Below are positions 38,755 through 48,018 of a stretch of 64,000 nt of DNA, piece after piece. The DNA comes from Promethearchaeia archaeon. GTDB taxonomy: Archaea; Asgardarchaeota; Lokiarchaeia; Sigyniarchaeales; SOKP01. The translations under genes and the position numbers were made by a program. Below the pieces are notes generated by a model. It was given only the letters and a program-made list of their open reading frames with translations. It made no database searches and was not told the DNA's origin. Numbering within the stretch: the stretch's first letter is position 1; every line of letters starts with the position of its first letter. Where the stretch lies: positions 32,001 through 96,000 of the forward strand of contig JAHQWK010000020.1 of assembly GCA_029856145.1 (NCBI GenBank), written 5' to 3'.

Positions 38755-38856
38755 GGGCCTGTAGATCAGTGGAAGATCGCTTGATTTCATTAAGCAAGAC
38801 GCTTAATTTCAAGATTCGCATTCAAGAGGTCACGGGTTCAATTCCCGTCAGGTCCA
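38755..38856 (+). tRNA. tRNA-Ala (anticodon CGC) with a 30-nt intron at position 32/33 (38786-38815); CCA not encoded
   Basis: Acceptor stem GGGCCTG/CAGGTCC with G3:U70 and A73 (Ala identity), D arm GATC/GATC, T arm ACGGG-TTCAATT-CCCGT. Removing 38786-38815 restores CTTGA-TTCGCAT-TCAAG. AT-rich TATA-like sequence at 38731-38745. Confidence 0.92.
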
Positions 38857-38888
38857 TTCTATTTATACACATCTAAAGAGGATTTTAT

Positions 38889-41489
38889 ATGGCACAAGGA
38901 ACAATTTATCCAAAAAGGTACAATTTTAAAGCGGTTCAAGAAAAGTGGATAAAATATTGGGATGAAAATAAGATATATGCATTTAATAAAGACCGAACAG
39001 ATGAAATTTTTACTATTGATACACCACCTCCCTTTGTAAGTGGAGTTTTACATATAGGACAATATCTAAATTACGCTTGGATTGATTTTGTAGCAAGGTA
39101 CCGTCGAATGAGAGAACAAAATGTATATTTTCCTCAAGGATGGGATTGTCATGGATTGCCTGTTGAGTTAGCAGTCACAAAGAATTATGGAATTTCTAAA
39201 GATGATCGAGAAAACTTCTTAGAGAAATGTAGAGAATGGGTAGAGAATAACATTGAAAATATGACAAAGCAATTGAATGATTTAGGGTATTCGACTGATT
39301 GGGAATATACTTATAGAACGATGAATGATGACTACAAACGAAAAGTTCAACTTTCACTCTTAGAATTCTATGAAAAAGGTATGCTTTATAGAGATAAATT
39401 TCCAACTCATTTCTGTGTAAATTGTGAAACATCTGTTGCAAAAGCAGAAGTAGGTTATCAAGAAGAGTTAGGAAAATTATGGTACATAAAATTACCAATT
39501 GTAGAGAGAGAAAATGAGTTTATTACTATTGCTACAACACGTCCTGAATACATGGAAGCTTGTGTTGCCGTAGTGATTCATCCAAATGATGAACGTTATT
39601 ACGACATTTCTGCTGCTAAAATAGAAATTCCATTCACGAATAGAACCGTTCGCGTTTATATGGATCCTTCAATTGATATGAATTTTGGTACTGGAGTTGT
39701 TTATGTCTGTACATATGGAGATGAAATGGACATTAAATGGAAAATTGAATATGACTTGGATGAGATCCAAATCTTTACTGAAGATGGTCATATGAATGAA
39801 AATTCTGTATATCAAGGTTTAACCATTATGGAAGCACGAGAGCAAATAGTTAAAGATCTTGATAAAAAAGGATTAATTGAAAAAATTGAAGACTATGAGC
39901 ATAATTTAATAATTCATTCAGAACGGTCATCTTGTAGAAAGCCAATAGAATATTTACCAGTCTATCAGTGGTTTATAAATGTGAAGGATTTTACACAGGA
40001 AATTATTGAATCTGGAGAAATTATGAAATGGTATCCTGAAAAACAAAAACAAAGATTAATAGATTGGGCAGAAGGATTAGATTGGAACTGGGTTATTTCA
40101 CGTCAGCGCTTTTTTGGTACCCCTATTCCATTTTGGTATTGCAAGGATTGCGGTGAAATTATCCCACCTAAAAGAGAGGATTTACCATTAAATCCTGTGA
40201 AAATTTCACCACCTATTAACCAGTGTTTAAAATGTAAAAGTAAAAATATCATAGGTGAAAACGATGTCTGTGATTGTTGGATTGATTCTAGTCTTACTCC
40301 CCTAGAAATATCAAAATGGACAGAAGATAATGAATTTTTTAAAAGAGCTTATATGGATGCTAAAGTTCATCGATCACAGGGTTATGAAATCATCCGTACT
40401 TGGTTGTTTTACACCTTATTTCGATGTAAAATATTAACTGGAAAAGCTCCTTTTTATGAAGCAATGATTAATGGAATGGTTGCTGGCCCAGATGGAAGAC
40501 ATATGTCAAAGAGTCTCGGGAACTATATTGCACCAGAGGAAGTGATGCCTGAATTTGGTTCTGATGCCATAAGATATTGGACAGCCATGGGTTCTTTAGG
40601 TGACGATTATCCGTTTGAATTTACTTGGATAAATCAACAAACTAAACAACCTGTTTCAGATAATTTTATTCTGAAAGAAAAACAAAAACTTCCAGAAGAT
40701 AAATTTAATAAGAAATACAGGAGAAAGTTTGAACAATTAATTGGTGCTTCAAGATTTTTAACTAAAATTTGGAATGCTTACAGATTTTTATTTTTAAATA
40801 TGAATAAGATTAAGATTGATAACATTAATGTTAATCCTAATGAACTATCAGCTATAGACAGTTATTTCTTTTCAGAATTTAACAAAAATTTAGATAAAAT
40901 TACAAAATATTTTGAGGAATATAATTGGCATGGAGCTATGATGATTTTACGTACTTTTTTCTGGAATGAGATTTGCGATAATTATGTTGAAGCAATAAAG
41001 CATAAATTTTATTCTAAAAATCAAGAAACGCGAGAGATTTCCTTAAAGAATGCATTAAACCTTTTTTACAAATTATTAACCATATCATCTGTTATAATGC
41101 CATTTATTTCAGAAGAAATTTACTCAATTCTCTATAAACAATTTAAACATCTAAAATCTGTTCATATAGCGAAATGGCCATTGCACTATGAAACGATTTC
41201 AGAAGATTCAGCTAATAATGGAAAATTAATTATTGAAATAATTAAAGTTCTAAGGATGCAAAAATCAAAGCTTCAAATACCTTTAAACCAAAGTATAAGA
41301 AAAGTCATTTTGATTTCAGATACAAATCAACTGAAAAAGATTGATAAATTAAAAAAAGATATTAAACAAACTCTTAGAATAGATAATTTAGAAATAATTG
41401 AGAAATCTCAGGAAAATAATATTAAAGAAAAATCAGATTTAAAACAAATTATTGAGGATTTGAATATCACAGTCTATTTTTTTAAGTAA
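38889..41489 (+). CDS. valS: Valyl-tRNA synthetase (archaeal type)
   Basis: DTPPPFVSGVLHIG, GWDCHGLPVE, ATTRPE, WVISRQRFFGTPIP, QGYEIIRTW, HMSKS. Confidence 0.95.
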   Translation: MAQGTIYPKRYNFKAVQEKWIKYWDENKIYAFNKDRTDEIFTIDTPPPFVSGVLHIGQYLNYAWIDFVARYRRMREQNVYFPQGWDCHGLPVELAVTKNYGISKDDRENFLEKCREWVENNIENMTKQLNDLGYSTDWEYTYRTMNDDYKRKVQLSLLEFYEKGMLYRDKFPTHFCVNCETSVAKAEVGYQEELGKLWYIKLPIVERENEFITIATTRPEYMEACVAVVIHPNDERYYDISAAKIEIPFTNRTVRVYMDPSIDMNFGTGVVYVCTYGDEMDIKWKIEYDLDEIQIFTEDGHMNENSVYQGLTIMEAREQIVKDLDKKGLIEKIEDYEHNLIIHSERSSCRKPIEYLPVYQWFINVKDFTQEIIESGEIMKWYPEKQKQRLIDWAEGLDWNWVISRQRFFGTPIPFWYCKDCGEIIPPKREDLPLNPVKISPPINQCLKCKSKNIIGENDVCDCWIDSSLTPLEISKWTEDNEFFKRAYMDAKVHRSQGYEIIRTWLFYTLFRCKILTGKAPFYEAMINGMVAGPDGRHMSKSLGNYIAPEEVMPEFGSDAIRYWTAMGSLGDDYPFEFTWINQQTKQPVSDNFILKEKQKLPEDKFNKKYRRKFEQLIGASRFLTKIWNAYRFLFLNMNKIKIDNINVNPNELSAIDSYFFSEFNKNLDKITKYFEEYNWHGAMMILRTFFWNEICDNYVEAIKHKFYSKNQETREISLKNALNLFYKLLTISSVIMPFISEEIYSILYKQFKHLKSVHIAKWPLHYETISEDSANNGKLIIEIIKVLRMQKSKLQIPLNQSIRKVILISDTNQLKKIDKLKKDIKQTLRIDNLEIIEKSQENNIKEKSDLKQIIEDLNITVYFFK

Positions 41490-41510
41490 TAGAGATTTTT
41501 CAACAATTAT

Positions 41511-42320
41511 TTATCCTTCTCCTTCTTCATTTCCGTGTAGAGATTCAGTTTCAGTAGAGAGTTCATTATCATCTGGGGTTTCACTACTCGATACTTCTTC
41601 AATTCCTAATTGTGTAACCATAGCACGTTTCAAATCAGTTTTATTTTTTGGTAACCCAAACATATCTGCATATTTATCAGTGGTGGTTAGTTCGTGGGAT
41701 CTTCCCTTTTTTACAGCATTTATAAACCCATTATCTATGAGATATTTTACATGTTCATATGCGCCAGTACCTCTCAATTTAATAACCATTGATTTCAAAA
41801 CTGGCTGCTTCAAAGCAATAACTGTTAAAGTTCTCAAATATCTTTCTGCTATTGCTCCTCCTTTAGCAAATTTAGAAACTTTTTCAGTATATTCTGGTTT
41901 AATTTGCATTTGATATCTATCTCCAATTTGTGCAATGACAAGAGCAGTAGAGCGTTCTAAATAATCAAAAGCTACTTCATTTACTAATGCTTCCACTTCT
42001 TTCTTAGGAAGTTCCAATTTTGTCGATATTTCTTCTATGGTTAGGGGTCTTCCAGCAGCGTACAAAGAAGCTTCAATTAAATTTCGATGGAAAATCCTTA
42101 CTTGGTTTTTTAATAATTCTTCATCAAGAATTGTGGTTTCCGAAGTGTCTTCAATCAAATTGGTTTGTAAATCATCTTCTATATCTTCGGCTTCCTCAAA
42201 TTCTTCTATTAATGGAGTTTCTGATTTTAAACTAGATTCTCCACTTAAATTAATTTCTTCTATTTTTTCTAAATCTTCTTCTTGTTTATCATCAAGAGCA
42301 TTTTCGTGATTTTCTTCCAA
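41511..42320 (-). CDS. scpB: Segregation and condensation protein B (kite subunit) with acidic N- and C-terminal tails
   Basis: IEASLYAAGRPL, LRTLTVIALKQPV, LRGTGAYEHV, TTDKYADMFGL. GGTGA SD before TTG. Confidence 0.93.
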   Translation of the reverse strand: MEENHENALDDKQEEDLEKIEEINLSGESSLKSETPLIEEFEEAEDIEDDLQTNLIEDTSETTILDEELLKNQVRIFHRNLIEASLYAAGRPLTIEEISTKLELPKKEVEALVNEVAFDYLERSTALVIAQIGDRYQMQIKPEYTEKVSKFAKGGAIAERYLRTLTVIALKQPVLKSMVIKLRGTGAYEHVKYLIDNGFINAVKKGRSHELTTTDKYADMFGLPKNKTDLKRAMVTQLGIEEVSSSETPDDNELSTETESLHGNEEGEG

Positions 42321-42361
42321 ATTATCACCATATTTTATAATTAATCCAATAAATTTAGTTT

Positions 42362-43363
42362 TTATTTAACATTGACACTAAAATCTTGAAAATCTTCAAC
42401 TTGAGACAGAGTTAATTTATTCCCAGTTGATAGGAACATTAATGCTAGAAACATACGGACAAAAGAAAATATCCGCCCAATACCACTTTTCTCTTCATTT
42501 TTAATAATATCTGCCAATTCGTAAAATGTAGGTTCTTTATTATTTAGATTAATCGTAGCCTTAATTCGATTGTACCATGATTCATGCAGTTCTTCTACTG
42601 TTTGTTCTCTTCCGCTTATATGTTTAAGAAGTTCTTTAGGGAGTTGTGCTTTAGATTTCATTTGAATCCTTTGTTGTTTTATTTCTTCTTTTCTCATTCG
42701 TCTTCTTCTTAGTTTTTCTTTATTCTGCATAACTTCTATAATAGCAGATCTCATAGCATCAAATAATTCATCTTTTGTGGCTATTTGCATTTTAGGTTGA
42801 ATTGGTTGAGGTAATGCTTTTGGAATGGTCCTACCATGTGCTTGCCTGAATCTCTCCAACTCTTCTCTTTTTTGAATTTGTTCCTCTTCTCTAATTATAC
42901 TTGAAATTTTATAATGATGTAAAACTGCAGAAGTTTTAAGCGCAATTCCCGAAATTTTATAATTTATCAAGTCTTCGTGGAGCATTTTATCGAAAAATTC
43001 ATCAACTAATTTTGCTAAATCATAAAACGCAATTTCTGATTCTTTTGCTATTTCCGAATCTAATAGACTCGAAAATGGTGGTTTTTGCCAGAATTTTAAT
43101 TCAAGCTTTTCTTTCCTCAATAAAGCAAGATCTTCCTCATCATCAAATCCAGCAACTAGTTCTTCTTCTACTTCTTCAATTTCTTGAGATCTATCTGTAA
43201 ATTCAGGATGGGATACGACCTCTTGAAGTAAATCAATTATTTCTTTTTTCTTAGATTTAGAAGGTATTTTTATATTATTTTTCGAGGCAAATTCCTTGAG
43301 TTGTTTAACAGTCCAATCATTAAAATTATATTTTTTAGTAGAATTTTGTTCATTTTCTGATAT
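42362..43363 (-). CDS. scpA: Segregation and condensation protein A (kleisin) with an extra N-terminal HeH/SAP-like module
   Basis: Kleisin N-domain (YDLAKLVDEF...SGIALKTSAVLHHYK) and C-terminal FLALMFL...LSQVEDFQD. The frame is open 81 codons upstream of TTG 43120 to ATA 43363, 6 nt after a GGTGA SD; in-frame TGA lies within that SD. Confidence 0.85.
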   Translation of the reverse strand: MSENEQNSTKKYNFNDWTVKQLKEFASKNNIKIPSKSKKKEIIDLLQEVVSHPEFTDRSQEIEEVEEELVAGFDDEEDLALLRKEKLELKFWQKPPFSSLLDSEIAKESEIAFYDLAKLVDEFFDKMLHEDLINYKISGIALKTSAVLHHYKISSIIREEEQIQKREELERFRQAHGRTIPKALPQPIQPKMQIATKDELFDAMRSAIIEVMQNKEKLRRRRMRKEEIKQQRIQMKSKAQLPKELLKHISGREQTVEELHESWYNRIKATINLNNKEPTFYELADIIKNEEKSGIGRIFSFVRMFLALMFLSTGNKLTLSQVEDFQDFSVNVK

Positions 43364-43390
43364 ACAATATCACCATTTTATATAATTTAA

Positions 43391-46300
43391 TTATTCTGTA
43401 ATCGTTGGTTCGACATCTTCCAGTTCAAGAAGTCTCTTGGCTTCCTCTTCTAAATCAACACTAAAAATATCTGTTATTCCACTTTGTTGCATTGATACGC
43501 CGTATATTCTATCTGAATTCACAATATTTTCTTCTCTGTGAGATATAACCATAAATTGAGCCTGCGAAGCGAATTCTTTTATGACCATTGAAACACGGTG
43601 AACGTTTGGACCATCGAGCGCAGCATCAATCTCATCCATTACGTAAAATGGAGCAGGATAAAATTCTTGAACTGCAAAAATGAAAGATAATGCTACAAGC
43701 GTTTTTTCCCCACCACTTAAAATTTCTAGTGAACTAATTTTCTTACCTCTTGGTCTTGCTTCGATAGAAATACCCCCTTCAAAAGGTTTATCTGGCCTAT
43801 CTAAGATCATTTTTGCAGAACCCCCTGGAGATAATTTCTGAAAAATCCTTGAAAATTCCCGATTAATTTCATGATAAGCTTTCATGAAAGTGCGAGTTTT
43901 TTCTAACTCAATTTTATCAATCGCATCAAGAATTGACTTTCTTTCTCTTTGAATTGTCTGTCGCCTCATATCTATTTCATCAAATCTTTCTTTGACTGTG
44001 TCATATTGTTGAATTGCCTTCAAATTCACGGGTTCAAGAGTTTTTTTCTTTTTTGTTAATTCCACGATATCCGACTGTAGTTCTGCTTCAATAAGATCAT
44101 CAGTTACTGGCGGCAATGAACCGTATTCTTTAGAACGCTGAAATAAGGTTTCTATTTGGTCAGTACACATTATCTTTTTGGACTCATAATTATTTATTTT
44201 AGAATTTTCCATAGAAAGATCTGATTTTAAATCTGTTATAACTTTCTGATATTGCTTTTGCTTTTTCCATGATTCATCTTTTTCTTGTATATACTTGTCA
44301 ATCTCTTTTTGTTTTTCATCTTTCTTCGCATTTTCATTAGCTAAATCTTCTTTCAATATTTCTAAGTCTTTTGTTATTGATTCAACTTGTTCTTCAGTAT
44401 CCTTTATATCTTGACCCAATCCTATTATCTTTTGTTCTCTCTCTTTATTTTTATTTAATTCATTTAATTTCCCTTGAGATCTTTGTAAATCTTTATTTAA
44501 TTTATTTAATTTTTTCTGAGCTGCTTTTTGAGATTCTAACTCTTGAGATTTTTCATCTCTTAAAGTATTTATAACCTGTTGCTTTTGATCTACATTTTTT
44601 TGAATTTCTTCAACTTGGGAATTTAATCCTTGCATATCATCTTGACAAGTCTTAATTCTATTATTAGCATCTACGTTCTCTTTTTTAATATCTTCAATAG
44701 TGGTGATAATCCTCATCACATTTTGAAGTGCTCTTAGACGGTCCATTGTATCTTCAAGGATTTTGTTTTCAGCATCTATCTGTTTTCGCAAATTCTCGGT
44801 TATTTCCCAGAAATTTTCTTTTCGAATAAGAAGCTCATCAATATTCTTTTGTAGTGAATTTTGTTCAACTTGAATATTTTTTATGTTTTCTTCTGTTTTG
44901 ACTATTATGTTTTTCTTTTCTTCAATAAGAAAATTCAATTTTTCTACATTACCATCAATCTCTACGATATTATCAAATAAATTCGTAATTCCGTGTAATT
45001 CTTGTAACTTTTCTCTTAAATTTTCTAATTCCTTTTGCTTTTTATCAATATCATCTTGAATTTTAGATATATTATCCCAATAGGTATCCTTAAGTTCTTT
45101 CAATTTAATTATCTCAGAATCCAAGTTATTGACTTCTAATTGTCTATTATCGATAATTTCCTTTCTTTCATTTATTTCTTCTTCTGCTTTTTTAATTCTT
45201 TCATTTAATTCAGATTTTCTTTTACCAATTTCTTCAAGTCTTTTATTATAAGATGAAAGGTTTTCAGAAAAATGCTTTACTTGGATTCTAGCCTCAGTTA
45301 ATTGTTGCTCATTTTTATTAAAATCATCTGTTTGAGATTTAATGCTTGCTGAGATCTCTTCCAATTGTTTATATAATTCTTGGCTTTTAGACATAGTTAA
45401 TTTTCTTAAAGAGAGATATACATTTTCAAGAATTTCCATTAGGTCTTGAACAAAATTATCAAATCTAATCGTCGAAGATTGGACTTCAACATCAGCGGAT
45501 TCTTTTACTTTTTCGATTAATTGACTAATTGTATCATCAGCATTATCTGTAAATAACTTTAAAGTTTGCATAATAGAACTAAACATATTTGTCATTTCAG
45601 TAGGTTTTTCTGTATCGGCACCAATGTCCTCAACTGATTTCATAATATCAATTATATCTAGAATAAATTTTTTGAAATCTTCTGCAGAGGTTTCAATTGC
45701 TTCTGCATTTGATTGTTGTATATTACTTTTAATAGATTCTACTGAAATGTTAATATTCTGGGTAAGCATGTTTAAAATTTGAAGAATTCCGGTAATATCT
45801 TTTGTATTTTTATCATATTCTTCTTCAGAAACTTCAATTTTCTTAAGGAGATTTTCTCGTTCTTGTGAAAGATCTTGTAACCGTCTTTGAATATTTTCTT
45901 TTCTGGATTCAGATTTTTCTGATTCACTTGTGACTTTTGAAAGAGTTTTACTTAAGGAATCAATTTGTAGTTCTAATTTATTCTTTTCTCGATCTAATTT
46001 TGTTAATTCTTTTGTAAGGATTTTTAATTCTGTATTGATATTATCAATCTTTGCATTGTTATCATTGATTTCAGATTCAAATGAATAATTCTTCATTTTC
46101 ATTAATTCTAAGTCTTGTTCATTTTTCCTATAGATTGAGTTTTCTTGCTTTAATTTCACTTTTAGATCGTTTAAATCTTTGTTAATATCCTCATTTTCTT
46201 TCAATAATTCTTTTACAGCTTTTTCAGCATCTCTACCTTCACTTAAATCAGTAATTTTCTTCTCGATAGAAATTTTCTTTTCATTTAATTGTTGGATATT

Positions 46301-47842
46301 CGCTTGATTCATTTTAATTTCAGTATTTAATGATGATAAAGAAGCTTGAAAATCTGTCAATTTTGAATTTAATTGATTTTTTACTGCTTGAATACTATTT
46401 ATATTGTTTTCTAAATCTTTTTGACTTTGATTTTCTTTAGATATTTTGGCATTTAAGTCATTAATTCGTTTTCTAATTTCTGATTCTGTCTTTTTTGTTG
46501 CTTCAATGGCTTCATCAATACTTTCGGTATCTTTTTTCAATTTTTCTAGCTCAGTTTCTAATTTTTGCTTCTTTTCCTCATTCTTTTTTATAGTTCCTCT
46601 GAGCATCTTAATTTGAGCGTTATTAGATGAAATATTTTGTTGTATTTTGGAGATTTCTGCTTTAAAAAGAGATTTTTCATCATCAGTATTTTTTATTTGA
46701 AGATCCAAATCAGCTTGGTTTTGCTGTCTTTTTTCAATTTCTTTTTTGGCCTCTTCTATATGATTCTCATAATCTAAAATTTCATTTGAAACACTTTCTA
46801 TTAATGAATCAAAAGTTTGTCCCTCTTCAAGCTTCATTTGTTTACTTTCTAAAGTTCCAATTTCATTAACTAATTTTTCGATTGATTTTTGAGCTAAATT
46901 TAGTGTAGTTTGACTTGATGAAATTTGTGTCTTTACTTGGGTAATATTTTCAGTAATTTGCTCTCTCTCTTTTTCTTTCTCGGTAATTGTTTTTTGAATA
47001 TTATCCATAACAAGTGATTCTTGTTTTAAGATATCTTCTTGTCTATTGATTTTTTCTTGTAATTCTTCAATGATTTTTAAAGAATTTTCGATTTTTCTTT
47101 CTAAATCATCTTCCTCTTGCCGTAACTTTGAAATTTTTAAAGCAATCAACTGAGAATTTAAAAAATTTATTTGATCATCTAATTCCTTCCAAGCTAAAGC
47201 ATCGTTTTTCTCCTTTTCCACTTTTTTCAACTGAGAAGAAACTTCTTTAAAGATCGCTTCAAATTGTCCTAAATCTCTTTCTGCTTTTTCCAATTCTTTT
47301 AACGTAGCATCTTTCATTTCATCATATTTTTGAAGTCCGATTAATTCTTCAATAAATCTTCTACGATCTTCTGCATTCATATGAGTTAATTCCACAATTT
47401 TTCCTTGAAGGACAAATTGATTACTTCCATCTGGATCGATATTAGCCGCTGCTAACGCATTAAGAATTTGTTGGCGAGTAGTTTTTTTTCCATTCATTTT
47501 ATAGCCACCACCACCACCTCTCTTGATAGTTCGAGTAATTTCAAAATCAATGGTGCCTCCTGGAAAAGCATTTTCAGAATTATCGAAATATAGTGTGACA
47601 GAAGCTCTTTGAGAGGGATTTTTTCCTCTTGAACCCGCGAAGATGAGATCTTCAAGACTTTTTGCTCTCATAGTTTTCTTACTTAACCTACCTAACGCGA
47701 AACAAAGAGCATCTATAATATTAGACTTACCTGCCCCATTTGGTCCAACGATGCACGTAAATCCACTAGAAAGTCGAATTGTAACAGTTCTATCTCCAAA
47801 ACTTTTAAAACCACTCATTGAAATTTTTTTAATATAAGTCAA
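43391..47842 (-). CDS. smc: SMC ATPase, 1483 aa, with extended arms and no recognisable canonical hinge
   Basis: GFKSF, GPNGAGKSN Walker A, Q-loop VLQG, PVNLKA, signature LSGGEK, Walker B/D-loop MDEIDAALD, H-switch VISH. Directly upstream of scpA-scpB. Confidence 0.93.
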   Translation of the reverse strand: MTYIKKISMSGFKSFGDRTVTIRLSSGFTCIVGPNGAGKSNIIDALCFALGRLSKKTMRAKSLEDLIFAGSRGKNPSQRASVTLYFDNSENAFPGGTIDFEITRTIKRGGGGGYKMNGKKTTRQQILNALAAANIDPDGSNQFVLQGKIVELTHMNAEDRRRFIEELIGLQKYDEMKDATLKELEKAERDLGQFEAIFKEVSSQLKKVEKEKNDALAWKELDDQINFLNSQLIALKISKLRQEEDDLERKIENSLKIIEELQEKINRQEDILKQESLVMDNIQKTITEKEKEREQITENITQVKTQISSSQTTLNLAQKSIEKLVNEIGTLESKQMKLEEGQTFDSLIESVSNEILDYENHIEEAKKEIEKRQQNQADLDLQIKNTDDEKSLFKAEISKIQQNISSNNAQIKMLRGTIKKNEEKKQKLETELEKLKKDTESIDEAIEATKKTESEIRKRINDLNAKISKENQSQKDLENNINSIQAVKNQLNSKLTDFQASLSSLNTEIKMNQANIQQLNEKKISIEKKITDLSEGRDAEKAVKELLKENEDINKDLNDLKVKLKQENSIYRKNEQDLELMKMKNYSFESEINDNNAKIDNINTELKILTKELTKLDREKNKLELQIDSLSKTLSKVTSESEKSESRKENIQRRLQDLSQERENLLKKIEVSEEEYDKNTKDITGILQILNMLTQNINISVESIKSNIQQSNAEAIETSAEDFKKFILDIIDIMKSVEDIGADTEKPTEMTNMFSSIMQTLKLFTDNADDTISQLIEKVKESADVEVQSSTIRFDNFVQDLMEILENVYLSLRKLTMSKSQELYKQLEEISASIKSQTDDFNKNEQQLTEARIQVKHFSENLSSYNKRLEEIGKRKSELNERIKKAEEEINERKEIIDNRQLEVNNLDSEIIKLKELKDTYWDNISKIQDDIDKKQKELENLREKLQELHGITNLFDNIVEIDGNVEKLNFLIEEKKNIIVKTEENIKNIQVEQNSLQKNIDELLIRKENFWEITENLRKQIDAENKILEDTMDRLRALQNVMRIITTIEDIKKENVDANNRIKTCQDDMQGLNSQVEEIQKNVDQKQQVINTLRDEKSQELESQKAAQKKLNKLNKDLQRSQGKLNELNKNKEREQKIIGLGQDIKDTEEQVESITKDLEILKEDLANENAKKDEKQKEIDKYIQEKDESWKKQKQYQKVITDLKSDLSMENSKINNYESKKIMCTDQIETLFQRSKEYGSLPPVTDDLIEAELQSDIVELTKKKKTLEPVNLKAIQQYDTVKERFDEIDMRRQTIQRERKSILDAIDKIELEKTRTFMKAYHEINREFSRIFQKLSPGGSAKMILDRPDKPFEGGISIEARPRGKKISSLEILSGGEKTLVALSFIFAVQEFYPAPFYVMDEIDAALDGPNVHRVSMVIKEFASQAQFMVISHREENIVNSDRIYGVSMQQSGITDIFSVDLEEEAKRLLELEDVEPTITE

Positions 47843-48018
47843 AATTTATCTCCATTTCTACTCTTCATTATTAAAAAAATAGTGTGATTACACCTATAAA
47901 TATTATAATATACGATATAAAAAAAAACTAATTTTCGTTTTCCAGTTTTAAAAATGATACCCAGTTAATTTTTTCTACTCAAACTAAAAATTATCAGATT
48001 TTACATTAAATATTTTTA

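Noticed and set aside
38780-38826. Reading the tRNA as a UCA (Sec/opal suppressor) tRNA using TT-TCA-T with a 37/38 intron
   Set aside because: It would place U at position 37, no BHB helix supports a 37/38 junction, the acceptor stem is 7 bp with the G3:U70 Ala determinant, and there is no long variable arm.
47930-47975. TTCCAGTTTTAAA / CCCAGTTAATT as ORB origin boxes between cdc6-like and smc
   Set aside because: Only the TCCAG core matches; the GAAA half and G-string are missing, so this is too weak to call.
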